Origin: Leptolyngbyaceae cyanobacterium | GTDB lineage: Bacteria; Cyanobacteriota; Cyanobacteriia; Phormidesmidales; Phormidesmidaceae | Reading direction: 5' to 3' | Length of the DNA stretch: 64,000 nucleotides | Assembly (NCBI GenBank): GCA_965263355.1 | Contig: CBDHHL010000011.1 | Coordinates: 1 to 64,000 of the forward strand | Shown: positions 27,329 through 36,903 of the stretch, in pieces | How the letters are laid out: each line of letters starts with the position of its first letter | Numbering within the stretch: position 1 is the stretch's first letter | Position numbers and translations under genes: made by a program | The notes under the pieces: generated by a model | Seen by the model: the letters and a program-made list of their open reading frames with translations, nothing else | Database searches by the model: none | What the model was told of the DNA's origin: nothing

Positions 27329-29127
27329 TGCCCTACACAGGAAAGGGTAAGGGCTCCTACGGTAGACGTGACACGGCCTACAGGCTTAGGAATGCTCGCG
27401 CCATCCAACGGCAACAAGCCGCCACAGCTCCTGACGCATTGACTCCACCAACCGGTAATTTCGCTATAAATGCAATCTCACCAATATCTGTAGTCGGTAA
27501 CGGACGGGAACTCACCCTTCAGCCAACAGTAATTAATGCAGCTGCAACGCCAACGTGGTCATTTTCGGGATTGCCAACGGATTGGACGGGAGACACGGCA
27601 ACCGGATTAATCCAGGGAACTCAAACTTCCGTTGACCAGTCGACCCCGCTCACTGCCTCTGTTACTGTGACCGCTAATGACGGTGTCGAATCTGTCAATG
27701 AAACGGCATCTATCACGATTAATCCCCCACCACTAGCACTTGCTTCAATGCCAGCCGGAACCCCGATTTTATTTATCGGTTCCGGTCAATCGAATTGGGT
27801 TAGTACCGCTCAGTCTGCACCAGCGTATGCAGACACACCGATCGCGAATGCAGTAATCCAAAATAGCGCTGGTTCTTTTATTCCGTTTGAGCATAACCCT
27901 GGTTTTTCTAGGCCACAGGACTATTTTGCAAGGGATTTTGAGGTTCAATATCCCAACCTGAGACTATTAGTCGTTGAACATGGCGACGGCGGGAACGGGT
28001 TCGAATCTGGCACTGGAACTTTTGCGGTTGGGGGAGCTGCTAGGGATACTCTTTTCAACTTTATTGAAAACGCGTGGCAACGATTAAGGCTGGGAAATGT
28101 CCCTTTTGTTGTGTGGGGAATGTTCTGGATTCAAGGCAACGCCGACGCTAACAACCTAGCCGAAGCGCAGGCTCATGGAACGCAGCTGCCCATATTTTTT
28201 GATGATATTGATGCATTGTTCGGGTTTCATATTCCTAAGGTTGTCGCTCGCTTTTGGTCAGTAAACTACGAAAATCCGACGACGCCGCAAACTCCAAACG
28301 TTCAGGAAATCCGAGACGATCACGAAGCCTTGAGCGACGCCTGGACGAACCTGGACGACATCACAAACGTTGCTCAGGGTATGGGCACTGATAACGTCCA
28401 CTACAATCAAACCGGAAATCAGAAAAATGCAGCGCGAGCATTAGCCGCATTGAACTCGCTACCAGCACCCACCTTGATTGACCCAAATCAAGGCATCCAC
28501 ATTGACGGTCGAGACATCACAGACGTTAATAATCTGCCTGCAGAAATAACGCTAGTTTCCCCTGACAGCAGCGTTTTGTTAGCTCCACAGAACCTGGTAG
28601 GGATGCGAATCAGGCGAAATGTTTCACCGGGCGTTTATGGGACTTATTATCTCAGAGCCACTAACCCAATGAGTTGGGATAATGCAGTTGTGATCAGTAT
28701 GCGTGTAGGAACTAATGCCGCCGATCAAAATGTGGCGGGCATCAGTCAAGACCCTGCAGCCTGGGATACTCGCACGGACAACACAACAATTGTTTGGAGG
28801 AACGACACCGGGGAATTGATGATTGACAACACAGTCGTTGATGCATTCGCTGGGGCGATATCGATTAATCAGTTTATCCAACTACAATTTCAACGGGTAG
28901 GCGATGATATTAGGGTTGAAATATTTAGTCTTGCGATCGGGCCAACTGAGGTTTTTCAATCGTTTGCAAGATATTTCAGGAACCCGCTAGCGCCATTGGC
29001 TACTTACACCTGGGTTAATGGGGCGTTGACACTAACCAATCCGATCCCGTTTTTAGATGCCCATGGGGCGGGAACAGACTTTAGATTTTTGTTGTTCAAA
29101 GAAGCTCTTAAGGAGGTTGGGGCATGA
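27328..29127 (+). CDS. Ig-like domain plus SGNH/SASA (sialate O-acetylesterase-like) protein
   Basis: SFSGLP...ATGLIQGT (He_PIG-like); GQSN, WIQGNAD and DNVHY. Confidence 0.85.
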   Translation: MPYTGKGKGSYGRRDTAYRLRNARAIQRQQAATAPDALTPPTGNFAINAISPISVVGNGRELTLQPTVINAAATPTWSFSGLPTDWTGDTATGLIQGTQTSVDQSTPLTASVTVTANDGVESVNETASITINPPPLALASMPAGTPILFIGSGQSNWVSTAQSAPAYADTPIANAVIQNSAGSFIPFEHNPGFSRPQDYFARDFEVQYPNLRLLVVEHGDGGNGFESGTGTFAVGGAARDTLFNFIENAWQRLRLGNVPFVVWGMFWIQGNADANNLAEAQAHGTQLPIFFDDIDALFGFHIPKVVARFWSVNYENPTTPQTPNVQEIRDDHEALSDAWTNLDDITNVAQGMGTDNVHYNQTGNQKNAARALAALNSLPAPTLIDPNQGIHIDGRDITDVNNLPAEITLVSPDSSVLLAPQNLVGMRIRRNVSPGVYGTYYLRATNPMSWDNAVVISMRVGTNAADQNVAGISQDPAAWDTRTDNTTIVWRNDTGELMIDNTVVDAFAGAISINQFIQLQFQRVGDDIRVEIFSLAIGPTEVFQSFARYFRNPLAPLATYTWVNGALTLTNPIPFLDAHGAGTDFRFLLFKEALKEVGA

Positions 29128-29738
29128 CCTTACTGACTAGTGGACAAGTGTCAAAACCAGCTAGCGCTCTAACGGCTAGTTCTGCCAATACAACGAATCA
29201 GTTAACTCCTGTCCAGTATCAACTGAATGATGGGACGCTTGACCGTGGCTGGTTTAACCAAGGCACTCAAGCATTATTTTTAGATGTTAATGGCACTAAC
29301 TCAGTTACGATTGGGGCAGGGCCAACCGAAGCCATATTAAATAGTATTGAGGGAATATCAGGAGAAAGGGCAACAGAATTTAACCGAACAACCTTTACTC
29401 TTAGCACTCAAGACGAAATATCAACACCGGTAGCCGTTCCAACGGGCAGAAAGCTTGTTTCTGTTCTAGCAGCGATCAAAGTTACTAATTATAGCTCTGC
29501 CCTTAATGGGCCACTTGTTTTTTATCCAGAAATTTCTTTTTTCCAGACGGCGGCAGCTGATGAATTTGATTTGATTGAAGCAGATTCAGCAGCACCAGCC
29601 CAGGGGGATACGGTCGGGCATACGGGTTCAGATTCAGGAGCATTGGAGGGCGCATATGCTGTCAGGTTGCGTCGAGAAGATAGCACAGCAGATATAACAG
29701 CGACAGTTGATTGTAGATTGATCCTTACTCTGAGATAG
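29124..29738 (+). CDS. Putative virion protein
   Basis: Shares VTIGxGPTEA motif with 24557..25840. Confidence 0.6.
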   Translation: MTLLTSGQVSKPASALTASSANTTNQLTPVQYQLNDGTLDRGWFNQGTQALFLDVNGTNSVTIGAGPTEAILNSIEGISGERATEFNRTTFTLSTQDEISTPVAVPTGRKLVSVLAAIKVTNYSSALNGPLVFYPEISFFQTAAADEFDLIEADSAAPAQGDTVGHTGSDSGALEGAYAVRLRREDSTADITATVDCRLILTLR

Positions 29739-29740
29739 TC

Positions 29741-32026
29741 ATGAGCGTAATTAACAGTTTTATTGCACAACTTAAACTATCTGCTCAACCTGAAGTAGGT
29801 GCTACTGAACAAATCCCAAATATTACGGATACGCAAGTTTTTCTTAGAACGGTTGGCAATGTCCCAAATGATATAACTGGGGTCACTTTTTATGTGTCGT
29901 CTGCTGTCCCTAGCAATGCGACGATATCAATTAATGATTCTATTCCCCTACCACTTGGCAGCTCTATCGGATTTGGGTATGCCCCTGGCAATACGACAGC
30001 GCTAGAAGACTTGATATCAGGATTAGTAACGAATCCATCGTTAGTTGCTTCGGCAGGGTCAATTATTACAGTAGATGTGACATATTACGCTAGAGATATG
30101 TCTCCTGTAACGGGCGGGCCAACTTTATCGCTAGTATCAGCCAGTGTGGAAGATGCGAACCCTGATCAGATTGTGCTGACGTTTAGCAGCGCATTAGATG
30201 GCGCTAGTGTCCCCGCAACAACTGACTTTACAGCATCAGGCGGAAAGACTGTAAATAATGTTGCCATTGCAGGCTCAGTAATCACCCTAACCGTAGATTC
30301 TGCTTATATAAACTCTGATACAATCACAGTTTCTCACACACCGGGGGGCAACCCGATTACGGGCACTAATACGGCCACAGCTGGGGCATTTAGTAATTTT
30401 GCAGTAACCAACAATATCGCTGGAGTCACAGACACTACAGCGCCAACAGCTGTGTTGGTTGGAGTCCTACCCACTGCAACAACGGGAGTTGCAGCGACGG
30501 TAGTAGTTGACTTTACTGACGAAACGGACTTTAACCCAGCGTCTGTGACTATTGGCTCATTGTCGGCTGTTGATGGCGCTAATGTGGCGACAATTGCAAT
30601 TGCGAACACTACAGCTATTGGCAACAACGGTGTAAGGGTTGATTTTAACGTAACAGCCCCTGTGGATGGCAGTTACACAGTCACTGTCCCAGTTAATAGT
30701 TATGCTGACGTGGCCGGGAATCAAGGGGTATTGGTTAATTTAGGAACGATGACAGCCAGTGGAGCATCAGCAGGGGGCGACCTGGCATCATTAACCTCTA
30801 GCGATGTTTTCCATAACACTTTAATAGGCCAATCTAACGCAGTCCTAATGGGAACTTCTCGATTTGAAACTTCTTTCGCTGCAGCATACCAAGGGACAGT
30901 AAACAGTACACTGTCTGCAACTACTGGTACAGGTTTCCAGTCGGGTATCGGAGCTTGGAATATTGACGATCCAAACGTCACAAACCTAATATCGGGGTTG
31001 AACACTTCAAAGGCCACAACCACTCACTATGGTCCTATCGTTATCTGGCTAGGAGAAACAGACGGATCAAGCGCTGCACATGCGGTTGAATTTGCCGATC
31101 AACTAACCAATTTAGATTTTTATGTTCAACGAGAAACCGGATTGCAACTAAATTGGTTGGTAATTCGTTTGAATAACTCTAGTACTAGAGTTGCAGCAGC
31201 AGAAATAATCAGCCAAACAGACGCGTTTATCGCCAGTGACAGCCGTTTTCATTTAATGGCGATTGATGATTTTACATTAGACGCGGATGGTCTTCACTAT
31301 TCGACCACACAGTTTAGTGGCCAGCCAACATATGACGCGGCTAACGACAGGATCATATCGCTAATTAACAATAATAATTTAGTGCTGACATCAGCGAGCG
31401 CAGCAGTTACACCCCCACCTCCTGTCACTGGTGGCGGCATTGTGTTTGAGTCGACCTTCACTGGAACAGCAGGCGCGAGTATTACAACTGCTGCCCATAC
31501 AACAGGAACAATAACCCCAGTGCAAGGGGACATTGTGATTGGCGATTCTGGGTCAGGTTTGACTGCGACTGGAGCTGCGCAAGCTGACCCCGACAGATGG
31601 TTGTTCTTGATAAATGAAATTCCTGTCGGAGAAGTTATAGAAGTTGACTTTATTTGTTTCTCAACAAGTGGCGGATCTATTCACGGACCCATTTTCCGAA
31701 GGAATGTAAATGGGTCTTATTACAATTTGCAAGTCAAACACACAGAAGCGCAGATTTCTACAGGCTGGCATAGGACCGCTCAATCTGGAATTACCTTTTT
31801 CAATATAACTGCCGGTACACTTGCAGGAGACAATATATATACAGTGAAACTCCAGTACAGCTCAAATGAGATGCGGTGGCAGGTAAACTCAGAACCTGTG
31901 GTTGCGCTTTTCCACAATGGGAACCCGCTTGACAAACAAGTCGGATTCCGTTTACGCGGGCTTGGATCAGTTAGTTCCGAGTTGAGATACGCAAAAGTGA
32001 CAGGGTTGACAGCGTTCACACTATAA
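29741..32026 (+). CDS. SwmB-repeat, Ig-like and SGNH/SASA multidomain virion protein
   Basis: IVLTFSSALD...DFT...ITLTV...ITVSHT...FSNFAVTN; DTTAPTA; GQSN, WLGETD and DGLHY. Confidence 0.85.
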   Translation: MSVINSFIAQLKLSAQPEVGATEQIPNITDTQVFLRTVGNVPNDITGVTFYVSSAVPSNATISINDSIPLPLGSSIGFGYAPGNTTALEDLISGLVTNPSLVASAGSIITVDVTYYARDMSPVTGGPTLSLVSASVEDANPDQIVLTFSSALDGASVPATTDFTASGGKTVNNVAIAGSVITLTVDSAYINSDTITVSHTPGGNPITGTNTATAGAFSNFAVTNNIAGVTDTTAPTAVLVGVLPTATTGVAATVVVDFTDETDFNPASVTIGSLSAVDGANVATIAIANTTAIGNNGVRVDFNVTAPVDGSYTVTVPVNSYADVAGNQGVLVNLGTMTASGASAGGDLASLTSSDVFHNTLIGQSNAVLMGTSRFETSFAAAYQGTVNSTLSATTGTGFQSGIGAWNIDDPNVTNLISGLNTSKATTTHYGPIVIWLGETDGSSAAHAVEFADQLTNLDFYVQRETGLQLNWLVIRLNNSSTRVAAAEIISQTDAFIASDSRFHLMAIDDFTLDADGLHYSTTQFSGQPTYDAANDRIISLINNNNLVLTSASAAVTPPPPVTGGGIVFESTFTGTAGASITTAAHTTGTITPVQGDIVIGDSGSGLTATGAAQADPDRWLFLINEIPVGEVIEVDFICFSTSGGSIHGPIFRRNVNGSYYNLQVKHTEAQISTGWHRTAQSGITFFNITAGTLAGDNIYTVKLQYSSNEMRWQVNSEPVVALFHNGNPLDKQVGFRLRGLGSVSSELRYAKVTGLTAFTL

Positions 32027-32030
32027 AACA

Positions 32031-33470
32031 ATGCCTATCATCAGACGACAAACCCCAACCTCGTCCACGGATACACTCGCAGCCACGGCACAAGATCGCA
32101 CGGTGGTTGCAGCCACGGGTAGCGCTGCTGCGATCGCTGCGATATCTGCTACCTATCCAGCGACAGCCAATAACGGCAATACGCTGATAATTGCAGCAAC
32201 AGATCGAGATTATGTAGTCAGCAGTAATGGAGCGATCTGGGCAATTGAAGCAGACCCAACTACAGACGGACAGAGGCGTTATGTTGTAAATAATGAGGGT
32301 GTTATTGCTCGGACATTTGCAAGTTGGAGTACAGAGGATAACAGATGGCATTCTGACGCGTTTACTGCAAACGAGGTTCCTGACTCCCAAGAGGACAAAC
32401 TGGCAATGCTTTTGCCGGAGATCCCTGGCGGATATGATCCAGCGCTAGTGGGTGGCTATTTCACGGGCACTCAGGTTTTCCAAGGAGGCACGCTTTATAC
32501 AGCGAATAAAGCGAGTCTTGATCCGCCGGGGCCTTTTGTGGCGGCAGATTGGGACACATTTGTTACTGAGGACGATGGAAAAGAGATCACTCAACAACTG
32601 GACGGTGCCATGTTGGGCTATGCCTCTATTGGTTATCTGCAGAACGGGGGAACTTACCCACTGACGACAAATATAAATACAGCCAAAAAAGTTGACGCGA
32701 TTATCCCTCCAAACAGCGCTGTTACCGTCGACGGAACACTTTACACAAACGCAAGCTTAACTGAATCTCAAGGGCTTAAGCTTTATAACGATGGGACAGG
32801 CTGGGTTAGGGAATCAGCAGGCGCTGAAGTCCCATCAAGCAGCCTCAGCTTCCAAGGACTGACATCGTTTTTCCAGTGGACTGGGAATGTGACTTTGGGT
32901 ACATCGGGGACTGAATCTCCCATCAGCATGGGCAATGGGACAGCGGTTGACCTGTCTCTAGCTACCCATGCCCTTTTTATCTATAAGGCGTTTCTATCGG
33001 CTAACAATCCCTATCTCTTTAGTGACTTGCAGGATCTTACTGCAGACCCCAGTACCCCATATCTATCGTTGGTCTATAACAACGGTCATATAGACGTGGA
33101 GTACGACCGGGCACAAACCGATCTCTCGGTGGGAGATATCATTTTCAGGCGAGGGGGATCTTATCAGGTAGTTTTAGTAAAGGCCGAGTTTTTTACACTG
33201 GTTGAGACCGGATTAACAGCCCCTACTACCCATGTAGTCTCTTTGGACCAGGCGGGAAGCGTTAAAACGTTTCTAAACGGTCAGACCTTTGTTAATCTCA
33301 TGGATATGAAATTTGCCGAAGTAGCGGTGACCCTGGACCCTGGTTTTAGATTAGCGTTAGCGAACCCTAATCCGGCTCCGGGAGTGACTATACGAGACTA
33401 TGACTTAGGGATAATCAGCATAGTCACCGCCTCAGATAAAACCATTAGGCTAGAGCAGGAGTCTATTTAA
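32031..33470 (+). CDS. Putative fibre/decoration protein
   Basis: 479 aa; Y..G..V...G.LY.A...DW segment resembles a small carbohydrate-binding module. Confidence 0.6.
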   Translation: MPIIRRQTPTSSTDTLAATAQDRTVVAATGSAAAIAAISATYPATANNGNTLIIAATDRDYVVSSNGAIWAIEADPTTDGQRRYVVNNEGVIARTFASWSTEDNRWHSDAFTANEVPDSQEDKLAMLLPEIPGGYDPALVGGYFTGTQVFQGGTLYTANKASLDPPGPFVAADWDTFVTEDDGKEITQQLDGAMLGYASIGYLQNGGTYPLTTNINTAKKVDAIIPPNSAVTVDGTLYTNASLTESQGLKLYNDGTGWVRESAGAEVPSSSLSFQGLTSFFQWTGNVTLGTSGTESPISMGNGTAVDLSLATHALFIYKAFLSANNPYLFSDLQDLTADPSTPYLSLVYNNGHIDVEYDRAQTDLSVGDIIFRRGGSYQVVLVKAEFFTLVETGLTAPTTHVVSLDQAGSVKTFLNGQTFVNLMDMKFAEVAVTLDPGFRLALANPNPAPGVTIRDYDLGIISIVTASDKTIRLEQESI

Positions 33471-35464
33471 TGGGCGTTATTCGCTATCTTCAAGGACTCG
33501 CGGAGTATCCTAGCCTCAATGAGTCTGATGTTGCTCAAACCCATGTCTATCATGCATTTGACCAGTCTACAGATTCCGCTAGAGAGTACAATCTACAATT
33601 ATTTAACATAGGGGTTAGTGTCTCGGTAACCGCTATACAATTTAATCCAGGAGATTCTAGCGGACTTAAACCGGTTATCTCTCCCTATGCGATATCGCAT
33701 ATTTATTCTCCAGGAACCTATTATCCGTCTTATGTGATTACGTTATCCGATGGATCTAGCTTCACTCAGCCGTTACCGGTGTTAGAGATCGAGGCTCGGA
33801 CTGAGCTTTTCTTATTCGAGACAGCCGGAAGCTTTTCCTTCACTACGCCTACCTATCCCCACACTCATATGTCGATATACGGGGTAGCCGGAGGCGGAGG
33901 TGGAGGAGGTGGCCAGTTTAACACGTTCTCTTTTTCTATTCTTTCAGGGGGCGGAGGTGGCGGGGGTGGCGCTGCTTTTGAGCTTGTACGTTGGCCCTAT
34001 GGGACTGATTTAAGGGGCCAAAGTGTTACCGGTTCTGTAGGGTCTGGGGGGAGCGCAGGGTCCGGAGGTGATGGTGGCCCGACACCAGGGGGCAGCGGGA
34101 GAAGCACTATTATTAATGCCTGGGGTAACTTTCCGAGGATCCTTGCTCGCGGTGGCTCTGGGGGGCAACATGCTAGCCTGACAAACCCTCAAGGGGGAGC
34201 AGGGGGCCAAGTTACCGAGGGCTTCGCATCACTAGTCACTATTCCCGGTGGTAGGGGAGGCAATGGCGCTCGGGGGATAGCCAACACTAATAACACTCCT
34301 GGCAATGGGGCGTCTTCCGGAGGCACTGCGGGCGGCGGCGGCGGCGCTCATTCATCGGGAAACTTATTTCCGGCTAACGTTGCAACCGGGGCATCCGGTT
34401 CTAATAGTGCTCAGGAGATAACGCAAGATAACCCGAGAGTCTATGGTGATGGTGGCGATGGGGGAAACGCTCGGTTGTTCTTGAGCGCTCAATCAGGGGC
34501 CTTGCGCGGCAGTGGCGGAGGTGGCGGGCCAGGAGCACCAGGCAATACGGGCATATCTCCCAGGGGAGGATCGGGGGCTAGAGGATATGTCTTTTTTGTT
34601 TTTGAGGATCTGAGCCTGAGTGCTCCAGCTACAGCTGATGAAGTTATACTATTTAACACTCCGGGGCCATTCAGTTTCACAGTGCCGATAAACCTTTATA
34701 GCGAATTTAGACTATATGCCTCAGCTCCAGGCGCAGGGGGCGGAGGTGGCGCAGTCAGTGAATATAGTAACGGTAAGTCTGGTGGTGGCGGAGGTGGGGC
34801 AGGAGACAGTCTAGAACTGGTGCAGGCGTTCCCGTTGTCACTGCAAGGGCAAACGATATCCGGGACTATCGGCAATCCGGGAATTGGTGGACCGGCAAAC
34901 ATGAATGGTACCTCGGGAGGTCAGGTAGTCATAAACGCTGTAGGGCCGTTTGAGGCTATAACACTCAGGGGCGGCATCGGTGGCGGTGCTGGCCAGATCT
35001 CCACCGTAGATACTGTAGATATTGCCGGGGGTTTAGGTGGACCAGGGGGCAACGGCAGCTCTAGTATTCCTGGCATCGTTTATCGTAATGGTTCCCAAGG
35101 GGGCAACGGAGCCAGCGCGTTACCTAATGGACAGCTGGGGGCTACCCAGTCTCAAGGGGGCACAAGTAACGGGGGTCCGGGTTCCGGCAGTGGGGGAGGA
35201 TCAGCCAGCGGGGGGTCCGGTCCAACGGCGTTTGGTATCCCTGGTGGTGGCGCTGGCAATGGCGTCGTGATCCCTGATAAAGATAACCCTAACGCCTTTG
35301 GAGCCGGAGGTAAGGGGGGCAACTTTGGAGGCACTACGAATCCGGCTAGTGATGGTTCGGGACCAGGTGCCGGTGGCGGCGGGGGTACCGGCTCGGATGG
35401 CACTGTAGATGCGTCGGGAGGTAACGGTGGGGGAGGATATGTGCTCATTGTCCTAGTGGCTTAA
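33470..35464 (+). CDS. Glycine-rich adhesin-like protein with two tandem Gly-rich domains and PKD-like N-terminus
   Basis: SHIYSPGTY; two copies of F...G.FSFT.P...GGGGGG...G.G..GYV. Confidence 0.8.
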   Translation: MGVIRYLQGLAEYPSLNESDVAQTHVYHAFDQSTDSAREYNLQLFNIGVSVSVTAIQFNPGDSSGLKPVISPYAISHIYSPGTYYPSYVITLSDGSSFTQPLPVLEIEARTELFLFETAGSFSFTTPTYPHTHMSIYGVAGGGGGGGGQFNTFSFSILSGGGGGGGGAAFELVRWPYGTDLRGQSVTGSVGSGGSAGSGGDGGPTPGGSGRSTIINAWGNFPRILARGGSGGQHASLTNPQGGAGGQVTEGFASLVTIPGGRGGNGARGIANTNNTPGNGASSGGTAGGGGGAHSSGNLFPANVATGASGSNSAQEITQDNPRVYGDGGDGGNARLFLSAQSGALRGSGGGGGPGAPGNTGISPRGGSGARGYVFFVFEDLSLSAPATADEVILFNTPGPFSFTVPINLYSEFRLYASAPGAGGGGGAVSEYSNGKSGGGGGGAGDSLELVQAFPLSLQGQTISGTIGNPGIGGPANMNGTSGGQVVINAVGPFEAITLRGGIGGGAGQISTVDTVDIAGGLGGPGGNGSSSIPGIVYRNGSQGGNGASALPNGQLGATQSQGGTSNGGPGSGSGGGSASGGSGPTAFGIPGGGAGNGVVIPDKDNPNAFGAGGKGGNFGGTTNPASDGSGPGAGGGGGTGSDGTVDASGGNGGGGYVLIVLVA

Positions 35465-35534
35465 TCTTCTGAAAACCAGGGTGTGATAATAGAGAGATTA
35501 TGGATTTATATTGAACTGAAAATGGTTTAATTTG

Positions 35535-36278
35535 ATGCCTGACGCAGCATTAGCAAGAGCTGGATTTGAATTCAATCCTGATCCCGTTATCTTTGGGAAT
35601 TCACAACGCAAAATAGTCCTTGCTAATCCAGCGGCGGCTAGACTTTTTGAGTACGAAAATCCAACGGCAATGGTTGGCTTGAAAGTCTACAGTTTGGTTC
35701 CTGAATCTCTTATATCAGAAAGCGCTCATGACAGAATGTATGACGCGTTTCTACGTGGGCAGAGGACCCGTGATATGGGTTCTGAAGCTCCGCTATTTGG
35801 CAAAACACGAATGGGACGACAGATCCCTATCTGGCTACGACTATTTATTGTCAATCACGAAGGAGAAACCTATGTAGGCGAAGTCGTTCGAGACCGCACA
35901 GAATATTTACGCCAAGAAGAACAAATAAAGGAGCAAGAGCAACAGGAACGAGATTTGATCTTGCAATTGGAGAAATCCAATAAAGAACTGAAAGCGTCCA
36001 ACAAGGATATGCAAGTTCAATTGCGCCAGTCTGAGCTACAAGAACTTGTCGTTAAGTGGCTGATCTATGCGGGTGTTTTTTTCTATCTGACCCCATTTTT
36101 ATTAAGTATTTTTAGGCGAGTGCCAACGGAACTGATGTCTTTTGGCAGAGACGCTACGATCCTAGTAATCGGGGCACTCGTTAATGCGACCGGTGCTGCC
36201 GTGGGGATTGTATCAAAGGCCAAGGACATGGCTAATGAAAAGCCGATAGATAGCAAAACTCCTAATGCGAAACGATAG
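35535..36278 (+). CDS. PAS domain, coiled coil and two TM helices
   Basis: PDPVI...IVLANPAAARLFEY...LVP...AHDRM...MG...GRQIPI...VRDRTE; two C-terminal hydrophobic segments. Confidence 0.85.
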   Translation: MPDAALARAGFEFNPDPVIFGNSQRKIVLANPAAARLFEYENPTAMVGLKVYSLVPESLISESAHDRMYDAFLRGQRTRDMGSEAPLFGKTRMGRQIPIWLRLFIVNHEGETYVGEVVRDRTEYLRQEEQIKEQEQQERDLILQLEKSNKELKASNKDMQVQLRQSELQELVVKWLIYAGVFFYLTPFLLSIFRRVPTELMSFGRDATILVIGALVNATGAAVGIVSKAKDMANEKPIDSKTPNAKR

Positions 36279-36900
36279 AGCATTGTTTCCGTTTCTTAGA
36301 ACACAATTGGGTCGGGCGTTCATAATCGCATCGATTGGACTATTTTTCGGCCTAGTTCTTTTCTGGACAAGTCATACTCAGTTTAGCGAGGCTTGCTTGC
36401 AAATCAAAACGCCTGGTTCTATAGCTCAGGGCATCGCTAGAGGGCTTATTTATCAGCAGAGCATCGAAGATGTTATTACATCCATGGGAGATCGCTTGAA
36501 CGCTCAATGGGTAGGGTCATTTTTGTATGATGAGGATCAGCGTAGGCGCTTTAGTTTTGCTATCGCACGGATCGGAGTGCCGGTATCGGCTACCTACGGG
36601 TGGTTAGACATCCAACAAGAAGATATATATTTAGAACAGCTCGATTATCATAAGTTAGGTCAATGCTGGGTCAAGCCTACCAAGGATCTCCCAGAGGGTC
36701 TATTGAGACAGCAGCTAGAACCAAATAATATTCAGCTAACTATCTCCTGTCCTATATTGGCCCAGAATGGGGATATATTTGGATATGTAGCCTTTGGCTT
36801 TGATAGAGTCATGGCAAACAAAGAAACTGTTGCGGAGTCTATTAGGGCAAGTCCTATCTTTGCGTTTGATGCAAGTAATGCAGGTTTTTTCGGGAGCTAA
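36265..36900 (+). CDS. Single-TM protein with GAF-like external domain (T4 holin T-like candidate)
   Basis: 211 aa, TM at about residues 18-35; ISCPILAQNGDIFGYVAFGF; overlaps PAS gene. Confidence 0.55.
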   Translation: MRNDRALFPFLRTQLGRAFIIASIGLFFGLVLFWTSHTQFSEACLQIKTPGSIAQGIARGLIYQQSIEDVITSMGDRLNAQWVGSFLYDEDQRRRFSFAIARIGVPVSATYGWLDIQQEDIYLEQLDYHKLGQCWVKPTKDLPEGLLRQQLEPNNIQLTISCPILAQNGDIFGYVAFGFDRVMANKETVAESIRASPIFAFDASNAGFFGS

Positions 36901-36903
36901 TCA

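Noticed and set aside
24104..35464. Diversity-generating retroelement targeting fibre genes
   Set aside because: No reverse transcriptase, and no adenine-specific TR/VR repeat pair noticed in the window
35535..36900. Truncated two-component system or pseudogene
   Set aside because: No HisKA, HATPase or receiver remnants; both ORFs are intact and coupled
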